Positions 55,251 to 64,000 of a DNA stretch of 64,000 nt are shown here, piece by piece. Below the pieces are notes generated by a model. The model had not been told where the DNA came from, did no database searches, and saw only the letters and a list, made by a program, of their open reading frames with translations. The translations under genes and the position numbers were made by a program. Position 1 is the stretch's first letter, and every line of letters begins with the position of its first letter. Source of the DNA: a bacterium. Lineage in GTDB: Bacteria > Krumholzibacteriota > Krumholzibacteriia > LZORAL124-64-63. The stretch covers positions 1-64,000 of the forward strand of contig JANOEP010000049.1 of NCBI GenBank assembly GCA_031441465.1, given 5' to 3'.

Positions 55251-56086
55251 CGCGGGTCGCCGGGAAGGCGGCCCCGCGAGCGTTGCCACAGCTTCCAGTC
55301 GCGCATCACGGCGCCGATCGCCGAGGTCGCCGACCAGACGAAGCCGGGCCAGCCGTCCACGACGCCGGTGCGCATCACGTACTGGCGCCAGAAGGTGGCC
55401 GGACCGGTGGTCAGCAGGTGCCACCAGCGGAAGCGGTACTTGTCGCCCAGGGCGTCCAGCGTGGTGTAGTGGTCCACCTTGCGCAGGTAGGCGCGCCAGT
55501 CGTCCATCGCCGCGTGCAGCAGCGGTTCCTCGAGCCGGCCCGCCGTGGCGCCGGGAGCGAGCTGCAGGCTCTCGTGGACCAGCGAGGGGGTGAAGCCCGC
55601 CCGCCCGCGCCGGACCAGCCGCAGGGTGTGGTCGCGGGCGAGGCAGCGCGCGCGCATGCGCCGTCCCAGCACGGTGTTGACGCGATGCAGCAGCCAGCCG
55701 TCGTGCTGCCCGAGGCCGCCGCCGGCCTTCAGCTCGCGGAGCCGGTCGCGCAGGGCGGGCGACAACTCCTCGTCGGCGGCGATGCACAGGGCCCAGTCCG
55801 CGGACACGCGGTCCAGCGCCGCCTGCCAGGCGGCGCCGAAGCCGTGGAATTCGAGGCGGTCGGCGACGACGCGGGGGAAGGCGCCGCCCGCGGCGGCGGC
55901 GGCGACGATGCCGGGCGTGCCGTCGTCGCTGCCGGTGTCCAGGACGACCAGTTCGTCGACCAGCCCCGCGAGGCTGGCGAGGCAGCGCGGCAGGAGCCGC
56001 TCCTCGTTCTTGACGATCAGGAATGCCGCCAGGGTGTCCAGGGTCGCGCCTCGCAGTGTGTCCGTCCTCGTCGGGAGACCGTTCAT
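55247..56086 (-). CDS. family 2 glycosyltransferase (WaaE/LgtF-like)
   Basis: 'IVKNEERLLPRCLASL', 'LDTGSDDGT' and 'VHE'. Confidence 0.85.
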   Translation of the reverse strand: MNGLPTRTDTLRGATLDTLAAFLIVKNEERLLPRCLASLAGLVDELVVLDTGSDDGTPGIVAAAAAGGAFPRVVADRLEFHGFGAAWQAALDRVSADWALCIAADEELSPALRDRLRELKAGGGLGQHDGWLLHRVNTVLGRRMRARCLARDHTLRLVRRGRAGFTPSLVHESLQLAPGATAGRLEEPLLHAAMDDWRAYLRKVDHYTTLDALGDKYRFRWWHLLTTGPATFWRQYVMRTGVVDGWPGFVWSATSAIGAVMRDWKLWQRSRGRLPGDPR

Positions 56087-56166
56087 GGAATATTCTCGTT
56101 GAATAATAAAGAATTACAAGTTTCATTCGTGGGTGCGCCGCGCCGGCGCGAGGTTCGGGCTCCAGG

Positions 56167-57309
56167 ATGTTCGAGGCACGACCCGTGAGGATCCTGTTCA
56201 GCAGTTGCCTGCAGGAGTGGGGGGGCGGCGAGCACTGGATGCTGTCGACCGCCCTCGGGCTGCGCGCCCGGGGCCATCAGGTCGAACTGGCGTGCGCCCG
56301 CGGCAGCGAACTGGCGCGGCGCGGCGCGGCCGCCGGGCTCGCGGTGACGGAGCTGGTCTTCCACGGCGACCTGGACCCGGCTCTCTCCTGGCGCTACTGG
56401 CGGTTGTGCCGGCGGCACCGGATCGACCTGCTCTGCCTGAACATGGACAAGGTGCTGCGTGTGGCGGGACCAGCCGCGAGGCTGGCCGGCGCCGTGGTCG
56501 TGCCGCGGCGCGGCAGCGAGTCTCCCCTCGGCAGCAAGGTCTCGCACAAACTCGCGTACCTGAAGGTCGCCGCCGGCGTCATCGTCAACTCGCTGGCCAC
56601 CCGCGCGACACTGCTGGCGAGCGCCCCCTGGCTGCCCGCGGACAAGGTCCGCGTCATCGCCAACGGGATCGACGTCGCACGCTACGCCCCGGACCCCGCC
56701 GCGCGCGCCGCGGTGCGCGCCGAAGCCGGCGCCGGGCCGCGGACGCCGGTGCTCGGGATGGTCGGCGAGCTGACGACGCGCAAGAACCACCTGGTGGTCG
56801 TGCGGCAGCTCGGGGCCCTGCGCGCGCTGCATCCCGACCTGCAGCTGTGGATCGTCGGCGAGGGGCCGCAGCGCGACGTCCTGCTCGAGGCGGCCCGCGC
56901 GGCCGGCGCCGCGGACGCCCTGCGTCTGTTGGGGTTCCGCGACGACGTGCCCCGCATCCTGCAGGGGGTCGACGTGTTCTGCCACCCGGCGCGGCGCGAG
57001 GGCTTCGGCTACGCCGTGGTCGAGGCGATGGCCGCCGGCAAGCCGGTCGTCGTCGCGCGCGCGAGCAACCTGCCGGAGATCGTGCCGGACGGCGAGGCGG
57101 GCCTGCTGCGCGATCCCGACGACGGTGATGGCTGGCGCGGGGCCGTCGCGGCCCTGCTCGGCGACGCCGCGCTGGCCGGGCGGCTGGCAGGCGCGGGCCG
57201 GCGGCGGGCCGGCGAGCTGTACTCGTGCGGGCGGATGCTCGACGAGGTCGAAGAGCATTTCCGAGAGCTGCTGCGCCGTTCCGCCGGGAGCGGAGCCGCG
57301 GCCGGTTAG
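56167..57309 (+). CDS. family 4 glycosyltransferase
   Basis: 'WGGGE', 'IANGID', 'LGFRDDVP' and 'EGFGYAVVEAMAAGKPVV'. Confidence 0.9.
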   Translation: MFEARPVRILFSSCLQEWGGGEHWMLSTALGLRARGHQVELACARGSELARRGAAAGLAVTELVFHGDLDPALSWRYWRLCRRHRIDLLCLNMDKVLRVAGPAARLAGAVVVPRRGSESPLGSKVSHKLAYLKVAAGVIVNSLATRATLLASAPWLPADKVRVIANGIDVARYAPDPAARAAVRAEAGAGPRTPVLGMVGELTTRKNHLVVVRQLGALRALHPDLQLWIVGEGPQRDVLLEAARAAGAADALRLLGFRDDVPRILQGVDVFCHPARREGFGYAVVEAMAAGKPVVVARASNLPEIVPDGEAGLLRDPDDGDGWRGAVAALLGDAALAGRLAGAGRRRAGELYSCGRMLDEVEEHFRELLRRSAGSGAAAG

Positions 57310-57359
57310 TTTCCGACACCACCACGACCGCAACCCATCACAGCAGACGAGGAGAGGCG

Positions 57360-57833
57360 ATGAGCTACCCCGTGAACGAAAAACAGATCATCCGCAACTG
57401 CAAGATCGGCGAAGGCACCAAGATCTGGAACTTCGTCAACATGTACGATTGCGAGGTGGGCCGCGACAGCATGATCGGCACCTTCGTCGAGCTGCAGAAC
57501 GGCGTCAAGGTGGGGGACCGCACGCGCGTCCAGAGCCACACCTTCGTCTGCGAGCTGGTGACCATCGGCGACGACGTGTTCGTTGGCCACGGCGTCATGT
57601 TCATCAACGACACGATGCCGCCGCAGCCCGAGAAGGAGAAGTGGAAGTCCACGACCATCGAGGACCGCGCCTCGATCGGCAGCAACGTGACCCTGCTGCC
57701 GGTGCGCATCGGCCACGACGCGGTGGTCGGGGCGGGCGCCGTCGTGACGAAGGACGTGCCGCCAGGCGCCGTCGTCGCCGGCAACCCCGCGCGCATCCTG
57801 CGCTACAAGGAGGGTTTCGGGCCGAAGGCCTGA
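57360..57833 (+). CDS. hexapeptide-repeat N-acetyltransferase (WxcM/WbpD-like)
   Basis: 'IGEGTKIW', 'VFVGHGVMFIND' and 'VGAGAVVTKDVP...VAGNPAR'; GGAG RBS. Confidence 0.88.
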   Translation: MSYPVNEKQIIRNCKIGEGTKIWNFVNMYDCEVGRDSMIGTFVELQNGVKVGDRTRVQSHTFVCELVTIGDDVFVGHGVMFINDTMPPQPEKEKWKSTTIEDRASIGSNVTLLPVRIGHDAVVGAGAVVTKDVPPGAVVAGNPARILRYKEGFGPKA

Positions 57834-57941
57834 TCCGGCTGCGGAACGCCGCCGACGCGATTATCCTGACCCCGCGGTGCGGGCGCCGTCGGCGCCCGTT
57901 CCCCTGTCGAGACGCGACCAGATCCCGGGAGGCCCTTGCAC

Positions 57942-59564
57942 ATGCCGATCTCCTGCCCACACGGCCGGTACAGGTTGTTGCCTGCCTTGGCGTTCCTCGC
58001 AGCCTGCGCCGCCGCCGGACTGGCCGGTCCGCCGGCTTCCGCGGCCCCACCCGCCGCGGCCGAGCCCGACAGCGCCCTGGCGCTAGCCCTCGCCCGGATC
58101 GACGGCGAGCCCCTCGCGCTCGAGCAGGCGCTGCTCGCGGCGGTCGAGGGCTCCACCGATGCGCGGATCGCGCGGGCCGAACTGGACGCCGCGCGGGGTT
58201 CGCTGCGGCGGGAGCGCGGCGGATTCGATCCCGAATTCTTCGGCGGCTTGAGCCGCAACGCTTCCGACCAGCCCACCGCCTCCCTCTTCGCCGGCGCCAG
58301 CGTTCTGGAGACGGAGCAGAGCGTGGGCACGGCGGGGCTGTCCTTGAAGACGCGCTGGGGCACCGAGCTGACGGCCTCGCTGGAAGCGGCGCGGTCCGAG
58401 ACCAACAACGCCTACGCGTCGCTGCGGCCGCAGTACGACGCGGCCGGCCGCCTCGAGCTGCGCCAGCCGCTGTTGAAGGGATTCGGCGCGGCGGCGGGCG
58501 GCGCCCTGGCGTCCGCCGAACGCAGCTACGAGGCCGCGCTCGCCGCTCACGACGACGCCGTCCTGGGCGTGCGCGCCGTGATCGAGACGGCCTACTGGCA
58601 GCTCCACGGTGCGGTGCGCGACCTCGCCGTGCAGCAGTTGCTGCGCGACCAGGCAGCCTCCCTGCTGTCGGAGACCCGCGTCAGGGCGGACGCCGGGTTG
58701 ATCGGTCCGGTCCAGGTGGCAAGCTCGCGCGTGTTCCTGGCCGAGCAGGAGCAGGCGCTGCTGGATCGGCGCGAGTCACTGGATCTGGTATCGGACAGCT
58801 TCGCCGCGCTCATCGGGCGCCGCCCGCAGGCGGGAGCGCGCCGCTACCTGACCACCGATGCGCCGCCGCTCGCCTACACGGTGCCCGACGAGGAGGCGAC
58901 GGTGGCCGTGGCCCTGTCCGACAACCTCCAACTGCGGTCGTTCGAACGGAATGTGGCCGCCCTGGAGGCGCTCGCGGACGCCGCCGCGGGCAACGCGCGG
59001 CCCCGGCTGGACCTGCTCGGCTCGCTGGGCGGCGCGGGACTGTCCGGTTCGGGCCGGCAGATCGTCTCGCCCTTCGGCGCCGACCCGGAGACCATCCGGA
59101 CCGCCGACATCGGCGGTCTCGGCGAGAGCTTGGACCAGGTCGTGCGGCGGACGTACCCGAACTGGAGCGTCGGCGTGAGCTTCTCGATGCCGCTGGGCGG
59201 CCGCGCCGGAGGCGGCGAACGCGACCGGATCCGGGCCTCCACGACCTACGCGGGCCTGCAGCTCGAGTCCGCGCGCCGCGGCCTGGAATCGCGGGTCCGC
59301 GCCGACTGCCGCGAACTCGCTGCCAGCCGCGACCGGCTCGCCCTGGCCGACGAGGGCGTCGCGGCGTCCCGCGAGCAGGTGCGGATCGGTCTGATCGAGT
59401 TCCGCAACGGCCGCACGACGGCCTTCGAACTGGTGCGCCTGGCGGCCGACCTGGCCGCGGCGCAGCAACGGCATTCCCAGGCGTTGGTGCGCGCCGCCCG
59501 CGCGGCGGCCGACCTGCGGCACCTGACGGCGGACGGTTTCATCACCAAGGAGAGCGGGCAGTGA
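57942..59564 (+). CDS. TolC family outer membrane efflux protein
   Basis: Helical OEP repeats 'LRQPLLKGFG', 'AYWQL' and 'FRNGRTTAFEL'; first gene of an RND operon. Confidence 0.85.
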   Translation: MPISCPHGRYRLLPALAFLAACAAAGLAGPPASAAPPAAAEPDSALALALARIDGEPLALEQALLAAVEGSTDARIARAELDAARGSLRRERGGFDPEFFGGLSRNASDQPTASLFAGASVLETEQSVGTAGLSLKTRWGTELTASLEAARSETNNAYASLRPQYDAAGRLELRQPLLKGFGAAAGGALASAERSYEAALAAHDDAVLGVRAVIETAYWQLHGAVRDLAVQQLLRDQAASLLSETRVRADAGLIGPVQVASSRVFLAEQEQALLDRRESLDLVSDSFAALIGRRPQAGARRYLTTDAPPLAYTVPDEEATVAVALSDNLQLRSFERNVAALEALADAAAGNARPRLDLLGSLGGAGLSGSGRQIVSPFGADPETIRTADIGGLGESLDQVVRRTYPNWSVGVSFSMPLGGRAGGGERDRIRASTTYAGLQLESARRGLESRVRADCRELAASRDRLALADEGVAASREQVRIGLIEFRNGRTTAFELVRLAADLAAAQQRHSQALVRAARAAADLRHLTADGFITKESGQ

Positions 59565-60652
59565 TTCACCGACACGCGGTATCGAAGCGCGCCGCGGGCG
59601 CGATCCTCGCGGCCCTCGTCCTGGCCCTGGCCGCCGGCTGCGCGAAGGAGAAGGCGGGGGGCGGCTTCGCCATGCCGCCGATGCCGGTCGTCACGGCGAC
59701 GGCGACGCCCACGGCCATGCACGACAGCTACACGGCCGTCGGCACCTTCGAGGCGACCGAGCAGGTCGTCGTCACGGCCGAGATCGACGGCCTGGTCATG
59801 GAGCTGCCCTTCCGCGAGGGCGGCGCCCTGCGCCGGGGCGACCTGATCGCGCGGATCGACGACGCCCAGACCCGCGCCGAGACCGACCGCGCCGAGGCCC
59901 GCGTCGCGCAGAGCAGCGCCGCGTTCGACCGCGTGCGCTCCGTCGTCGACCAGGGCGCCGGCGCCCCGCAGGACCTCGACGACGCCGCGGCGGCCCTGAA
60001 GGTGGCCGAGGCCGACCTGGCGGTGGCCCGGGCGCGTCTGGCCAAGACCAGGATCGTCGCGGCCTTCGACGGCACCGCCGGCACGCGCCGCGTCAGCCGC
60101 GGCGCCTTCCTGCGGACCGGCGACGCGATCACCGAGCTGGCCCGCCTCGACCGGCTGCGCCTGCTGTTCGCGGTGCCCGAGCGGTACCTGGGCGCGCTGC
60201 GCCCGGGCGCGCCGGTCGCGGTGCGGACCACGGCCTACCCGGACCTCGTGTTGTCCGGCACGCTCGCCGTCGTCGAGCCGGTGGTCGACGCGGCCACCCG
60301 CAGCGTCGGGGTCGTGGCCCTGATCGACAACGCCGACGGCCGCCTGCGGCCCGGCATGTCGGCCGAGGCGTCGGTGGTGCTGGACGAGCGGCCCGCGGCG
60401 CTGGCCCTGCCCAGCGAAGCCGTGGTCGCCCAGGGCGACCGCATGCTCGTCTACGTGATCCAGCCCGACAGCACGGTCGCGCCCGTCCCGGTGACCCTGG
60501 GTCTGCGCACTTCCTCCCTCGTCGAGATCCTCGAAGGCCTCGCCCCGGGTGCGCTGGTGGTGCGTGCCGGTCATCAGAAGATCTACCCGGGCGCCCGCGT
60601 GATCCCCCTTCCGGCCGGCGACGCGCCGACCGCCGGCGGAGGGGCCCGATGA
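59561..60652 (+). CDS. RND efflux periplasmic adaptor subunit
   Basis: 3' part of track ORF 57125..60652. Lipobox 'LAAGC', 'IVAAFDG', 'VDAATRS' and 'LRPGMSA'. Confidence 0.88.
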   Translation: MIHRHAVSKRAAGAILAALVLALAAGCAKEKAGGGFAMPPMPVVTATATPTAMHDSYTAVGTFEATEQVVVTAEIDGLVMELPFREGGALRRGDLIARIDDAQTRAETDRAEARVAQSSAAFDRVRSVVDQGAGAPQDLDDAAAALKVAEADLAVARARLAKTRIVAAFDGTAGTRRVSRGAFLRTGDAITELARLDRLRLLFAVPERYLGALRPGAPVAVRTTAYPDLVLSGTLAVVEPVVDAATRSVGVVALIDNADGRLRPGMSAEASVVLDERPAALALPSEAVVAQGDRMLVYVIQPDSTVAPVPVTLGLRTSSLVEILEGLAPGALVVRAGHQKIYPGARVIPLPAGDAPTAGGGAR

Positions 60653-63600
60653 AGCTGAGCGACGTCTCCATCCAGCGGCCGGTCTTCGCGACGGTGATGA
60701 GCCTGGCCATCGTGCTGCTCGGCGTGATCTCGTACACGCGGCTGCCGGTGCGCGAGTACCCCGACATCGACCCGCCGATCGTCTCGGTCTCGACGTTCTA
60801 CCGCGGCGCCAGCCCCAGCGTGGTCGAGACCGAGATCACCGACGTGCTCGAGGAGACGTTCTCGACCCTCGAGGGCGTCAAGTCGCTCACGTCGTCGAGC
60901 CGCGAGCAGGGCTCGACCATCACCATCGAGTTCGAGCTGAGCCGCGACGTCGACGAGGCGGCCAACGACGTGCGCGACCGCGTGTCCCGCGCCCGCGGCA
61001 GCCTGCCCAACGAGGCGGAAGATCCCGTCGTCGAGAAGATCGACACCAACGCCCAGCCGATCGTCTGGCTGGCCCTGCAGAGCGACGTGCACGGCACGCT
61101 CGAGATGTCGGACCACGCGGATCGCGTGCTGAAGGACCGCCTGCAGCGCCTGCCGGGCGTCGGCTCGGTGTTCATCGGCGGCGAGCGCCGCTACGCCATG
61201 CGTGTCTGGCTCGACCCGCGCCGGCTGGCCGCGCGCGGGCTGACCGCCGGCGACGTGGCGGTGGCCCTCGCCCGCGAGAACGCGGAGATCCCCGGCGGCC
61301 GCGTCGAGGGCGCGCAGCGGGAGTTCGCGGTGCGCACCCGCGGCGAGCTGGTCACGGCCGAGGAGTTCGGAGCGATGGTCGTCGCGACCCGCGAGGGCGG
61401 GGTGGTGCGCCTGCGCGACGTCGCCGAGGTGACCGTCGGCGCCGAGGACGAGCGCACCGTCACCCGCTACAACGGCCTGCCCGCCGTCGGGCTGGGCGTG
61501 GTCAAACAGGGCAAGGCCAGCACGCTGGAGGTGGCGGAAGTCGTGCGCGCGACGCTGCCGTCGCTGCGTGAGGAGCTGCCGGCGGGCATGCGGCTGGAAG
61601 TGGCCTACGACTCGTCGCTGTTCATCAGCGAGTCGATTCACGAGGTCCGCGACACGCTGCTGATCGCCGTCGCGCTGGTGATCCTGGTGATCCTGGTCTT
61701 CCTGAAAAGCCTGCGGGCCACCCTGATCCCCGTGCTGGCGATCCCGGTCTCGATCGTGGGCACCGCGACGGTCGCCCTGGCCATGGGCTTCACGATCAAC
61801 ATCCTGACGCTGCTGGCGCTGGTGCTGGCCATCGGCCTGGTCGTGGACGACGCCATCGTGATGCTGGAAAACGTCCACCGGCACCTCGAGATGGGCAAGA
61901 CCCGCCGGCGCGCCACCGTCGACGCCGCGCGCGAGATCGGCTTCGCGATCGTCGCGACGACCGTCTCGCTGGTGGCGGTGTTCATCCCGCTGTCGTTCCT
62001 GACCGGGACCGTGGGCCGGCTGTTCCGCGAGTTCGGCATCTCGGTGGCCGTGGCCGTGCTGCTGTCGGGCTTCGTCGCCCTGACGCTGACGCCCATGCTC
62101 TGCTCGAAGATGCTGTCCCCCCTGGCCGGCAAGCGCCGGAGCTGGGCCGAGCGGTCATTCGAGGCGTTCTTCTCGGGCCTGAACCGCTCCTACGGCGCCA
62201 CGCTGCGCTGGTGCCTCGGGCACCGCGCGCTGGTGCTGGTGTCGGCGGCCCTGATGATCGCGGCGGCGGCCTGGGTCTACCGGCTGCTGCCGCGCGAGCT
62301 GGTGCCCGTGGAGGACCGCAGCGCGGCCTTCGGCATCGTGATCGCGCCCGAAGGTTCGACCCTCGATTACACCGACGCCGCCATGCGTCAGGTCGAGTCG
62401 GTGCTGATGCCCCTGCCCGAGCGCCGGGGCCTGTTCACCGCCGTGGGCCTGGGCTTCGGCGGGCCGGGCCGGGTCACCGACGGCTTCCTGTTCCTGAACC
62501 TGGCGCGCGCCGACGAGCGCGACCGCACCCAGCAGGAGATCGTCCAGGGCCTGTTCCCGCCGCTGATGGGCATCCCGGGCGTGCTGGCCTTCGTGGTCAA
62601 CCCGCCCAGCATCGGCGGCAGCTTCGATTCCAAGCCCATCGAGTACGTGCTCAAGGGAGACAGCTACGAGCAGCTCGGCGAGGCCGTGCAGATCATGATG
62701 GCCAAGGCCCAGGAGCTGGGCTACCTGGTCAACCTGGACACGGACCTCAGCCTGAACAAGCCCCAGCTGGACATTGAGATCGACCGTGAGCGGGCCGGCC
62801 AGCTGGGCGTTTCGGTCACCGAGATCGGCTCGACGCTCGAGGCCCTGCTCGGCGGCCGCGTCGCCGGCAACTACAAGAGTGGTTCGAAGCAGTACGACGT
62901 GATCGTCCAGATGCGGCCGTCGGAGCGCGCGACGCCCGACGCGATCGGCAGCCTGCTGGTGCGCGGCGCCGGTGGACTGGTGCCCCTGGCCAACGTGGTC
63001 CGGATCCGCGAGACCGTCGCGCCCAAGGAGCTGAACCACTACAATCGCGTGCGGGCCGCCTCCCTCGGCGCCAGCTTGGCGCCCGGCGTGGACCTGGGCA
63101 CGGCGCTGGACGCCCTGGACCGCATCGTGCGCGACGACCTGCCCGCCGGCGTGACCCGCGAGCTGAAGGGCCAGTCGCGCGAGTACCGCGAGTCCAGCGG
63201 CAGCCTGAACTTCCTGTTCGGCCTGGCGATCGTGTTCATCTTCCTGGTGCTGGCGGCGCAGTTCGAGAGCTTCGTCCACCCGCTGACGATCCTGCTGTCG
63301 GTGCCGTTGGCCGTGGTGGGCGCCCTGCTCGCGCTCTTCGCCCTGGGGCAGGGCCTGAACATCTACTCCCAGATCGGCCTGATCATGCTGATCGGCCTGG
63401 TGACCAAGAACGCTATCCTGATCGTGGAGTACGGCAACCAGCGGCGCAACGGCGGCGAATCGGCGCGCGAGGCCATCGTCCAGGCCGCGGCCATCCGCCT
63501 GCGCCCGATCCTGATGACCTCGTTCACGACGATCTTCGGCATCCTGCCCATCGCCATGGGCCTGGGCGCCGGCGGCGAGTCGCGGCAGCCGCTGGGGATC

Positions 63601-63720
63601 ACGGTGGTCAGCGGGATGCTGTTCTCGACCTTCCTGACCCTGGTGCTGGTGCCGGTGGTGTACGACCTGCTGTCGCGCTTCACGCACGCGCAGGTCGAGG
63701 GGGACGAACCCGGGGAGTGA
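60649..63720 (+). CDS. RND efflux transporter permease (AcrB/MdtB family)
   Basis: 'IQRPVFA', 'LPVREYPDIDPP', 'GLVVDDAIV', 'KNAIL' and 'RLRPILMT'. Confidence 0.95.
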   Translation: MKLSDVSIQRPVFATVMSLAIVLLGVISYTRLPVREYPDIDPPIVSVSTFYRGASPSVVETEITDVLEETFSTLEGVKSLTSSSREQGSTITIEFELSRDVDEAANDVRDRVSRARGSLPNEAEDPVVEKIDTNAQPIVWLALQSDVHGTLEMSDHADRVLKDRLQRLPGVGSVFIGGERRYAMRVWLDPRRLAARGLTAGDVAVALARENAEIPGGRVEGAQREFAVRTRGELVTAEEFGAMVVATREGGVVRLRDVAEVTVGAEDERTVTRYNGLPAVGLGVVKQGKASTLEVAEVVRATLPSLREELPAGMRLEVAYDSSLFISESIHEVRDTLLIAVALVILVILVFLKSLRATLIPVLAIPVSIVGTATVALAMGFTINILTLLALVLAIGLVVDDAIVMLENVHRHLEMGKTRRRATVDAAREIGFAIVATTVSLVAVFIPLSFLTGTVGRLFREFGISVAVAVLLSGFVALTLTPMLCSKMLSPLAGKRRSWAERSFEAFFSGLNRSYGATLRWCLGHRALVLVSAALMIAAAAWVYRLLPRELVPVEDRSAAFGIVIAPEGSTLDYTDAAMRQVESVLMPLPERRGLFTAVGLGFGGPGRVTDGFLFLNLARADERDRTQQEIVQGLFPPLMGIPGVLAFVVNPPSIGGSFDSKPIEYVLKGDSYEQLGEAVQIMMAKAQELGYLVNLDTDLSLNKPQLDIEIDRERAGQLGVSVTEIGSTLEALLGGRVAGNYKSGSKQYDVIVQMRPSERATPDAIGSLLVRGAGGLVPLANVVRIRETVAPKELNHYNRVRAASLGASLAPGVDLGTALDALDRIVRDDLPAGVTRELKGQSREYRESSGSLNFLFGLAIVFIFLVLAAQFESFVHPLTILLSVPLAVVGALLALFALGQGLNIYSQIGLIMLIGLVTKNAILIVEYGNQRRNGGESAREAIVQAAAIRLRPILMTSFTTIFGILPIAMGLGAGGESRQPLGITVVSGMLFSTFLTLVLVPVVYDLLSRFTHAQVEGDEPGE

Positions 63721-63773
63721 GGGCCGGCTGCGGATCGCGGCGCGGCGCGCCCCATCCGTGGTAGACTCGTACC

Positions 63774-64000
63774 ATGAAACCGACCGCCGACACACCGGCG
63801 AAGGAAATCTTCGCGACCGCCTGGCAGGACGAGGCCCCGGACCTCGGCGTCCTGAAGCGGTGGCTCCACGAGAATACCCGGCTCGGACCGCACCGCACCG
63901 TGCCGGCGGTGCCCTGCCTGATCCACGACACCTACCTCGACACGCCGGATCTGAGGATCCTGCGCGCCGGCTACGCCCTGCGGATCCGGCGGGCGGCCGG
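63774..64000 (+). CDS. CYTH-like domain protein, partial (runs off the window)
   Basis: Open frame from ATG 63774 containing 'HDTYLDTPDLRILRAGYALRIR'. Confidence 0.6.
   Translation, partial: MKPTADTPAKEIFATAWQDEAPDLGVLKRWLHENTRLGPHRTVPAVPCLIHDTYLDTPDLRILRAGYALRIRRAA

Overview
This is a very GC-rich chromosomal window from a diderm bacterium. The many secreted proteins with FlgD-Ig/T9SS-like C-termini or short '(S/T)(W/F)GxxKALY(R/K)' tails suggest an FCB-related candidate phylum such as Krumholzibacteriota/Latescibacterota (inference only). There are about 46 CDS: an exbB-exbD-exbD-tonB operon, a clostripain-like lipoprotein, ygiQ, an Ogt-AlkA fusion, a 7TM-DISM diguanylate cyclase, oligopeptidase B, NamZ plus a MurU-AmgK fusion, arcA, a TPP-riboswitch-controlled thiamine uptake operon, gpmI, rpsD, LPS genes and an RND pump. 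The main highlight is a ~15 kb operon (35357-50444) behind a candidate sigma54 promoter. It encodes a ~2260-aa repetitive protein with a T9SS-like C-terminal domain, a PorV-like barrel, a ~1000-aa TPR protein, its own ExbB/ExbD/ExbD/TonB-type motor and an OmpA-like anchor, making it a candidate undescribed motor-coupled secretion, adhesion or gliding machine. Other highlights are a UGA-recoded HesB-like selenoprotein missed by the ORF track, a ~130-nt structured intergenic element with GGA hairpin loops, and a short C-terminal sorting-like tail that replaces the FlgD-type domain on homologous passenger domains. I saw no rRNA, tRNA, CRISPR array or transposase. All calls come from reading motifs by eye; no database searches were run.
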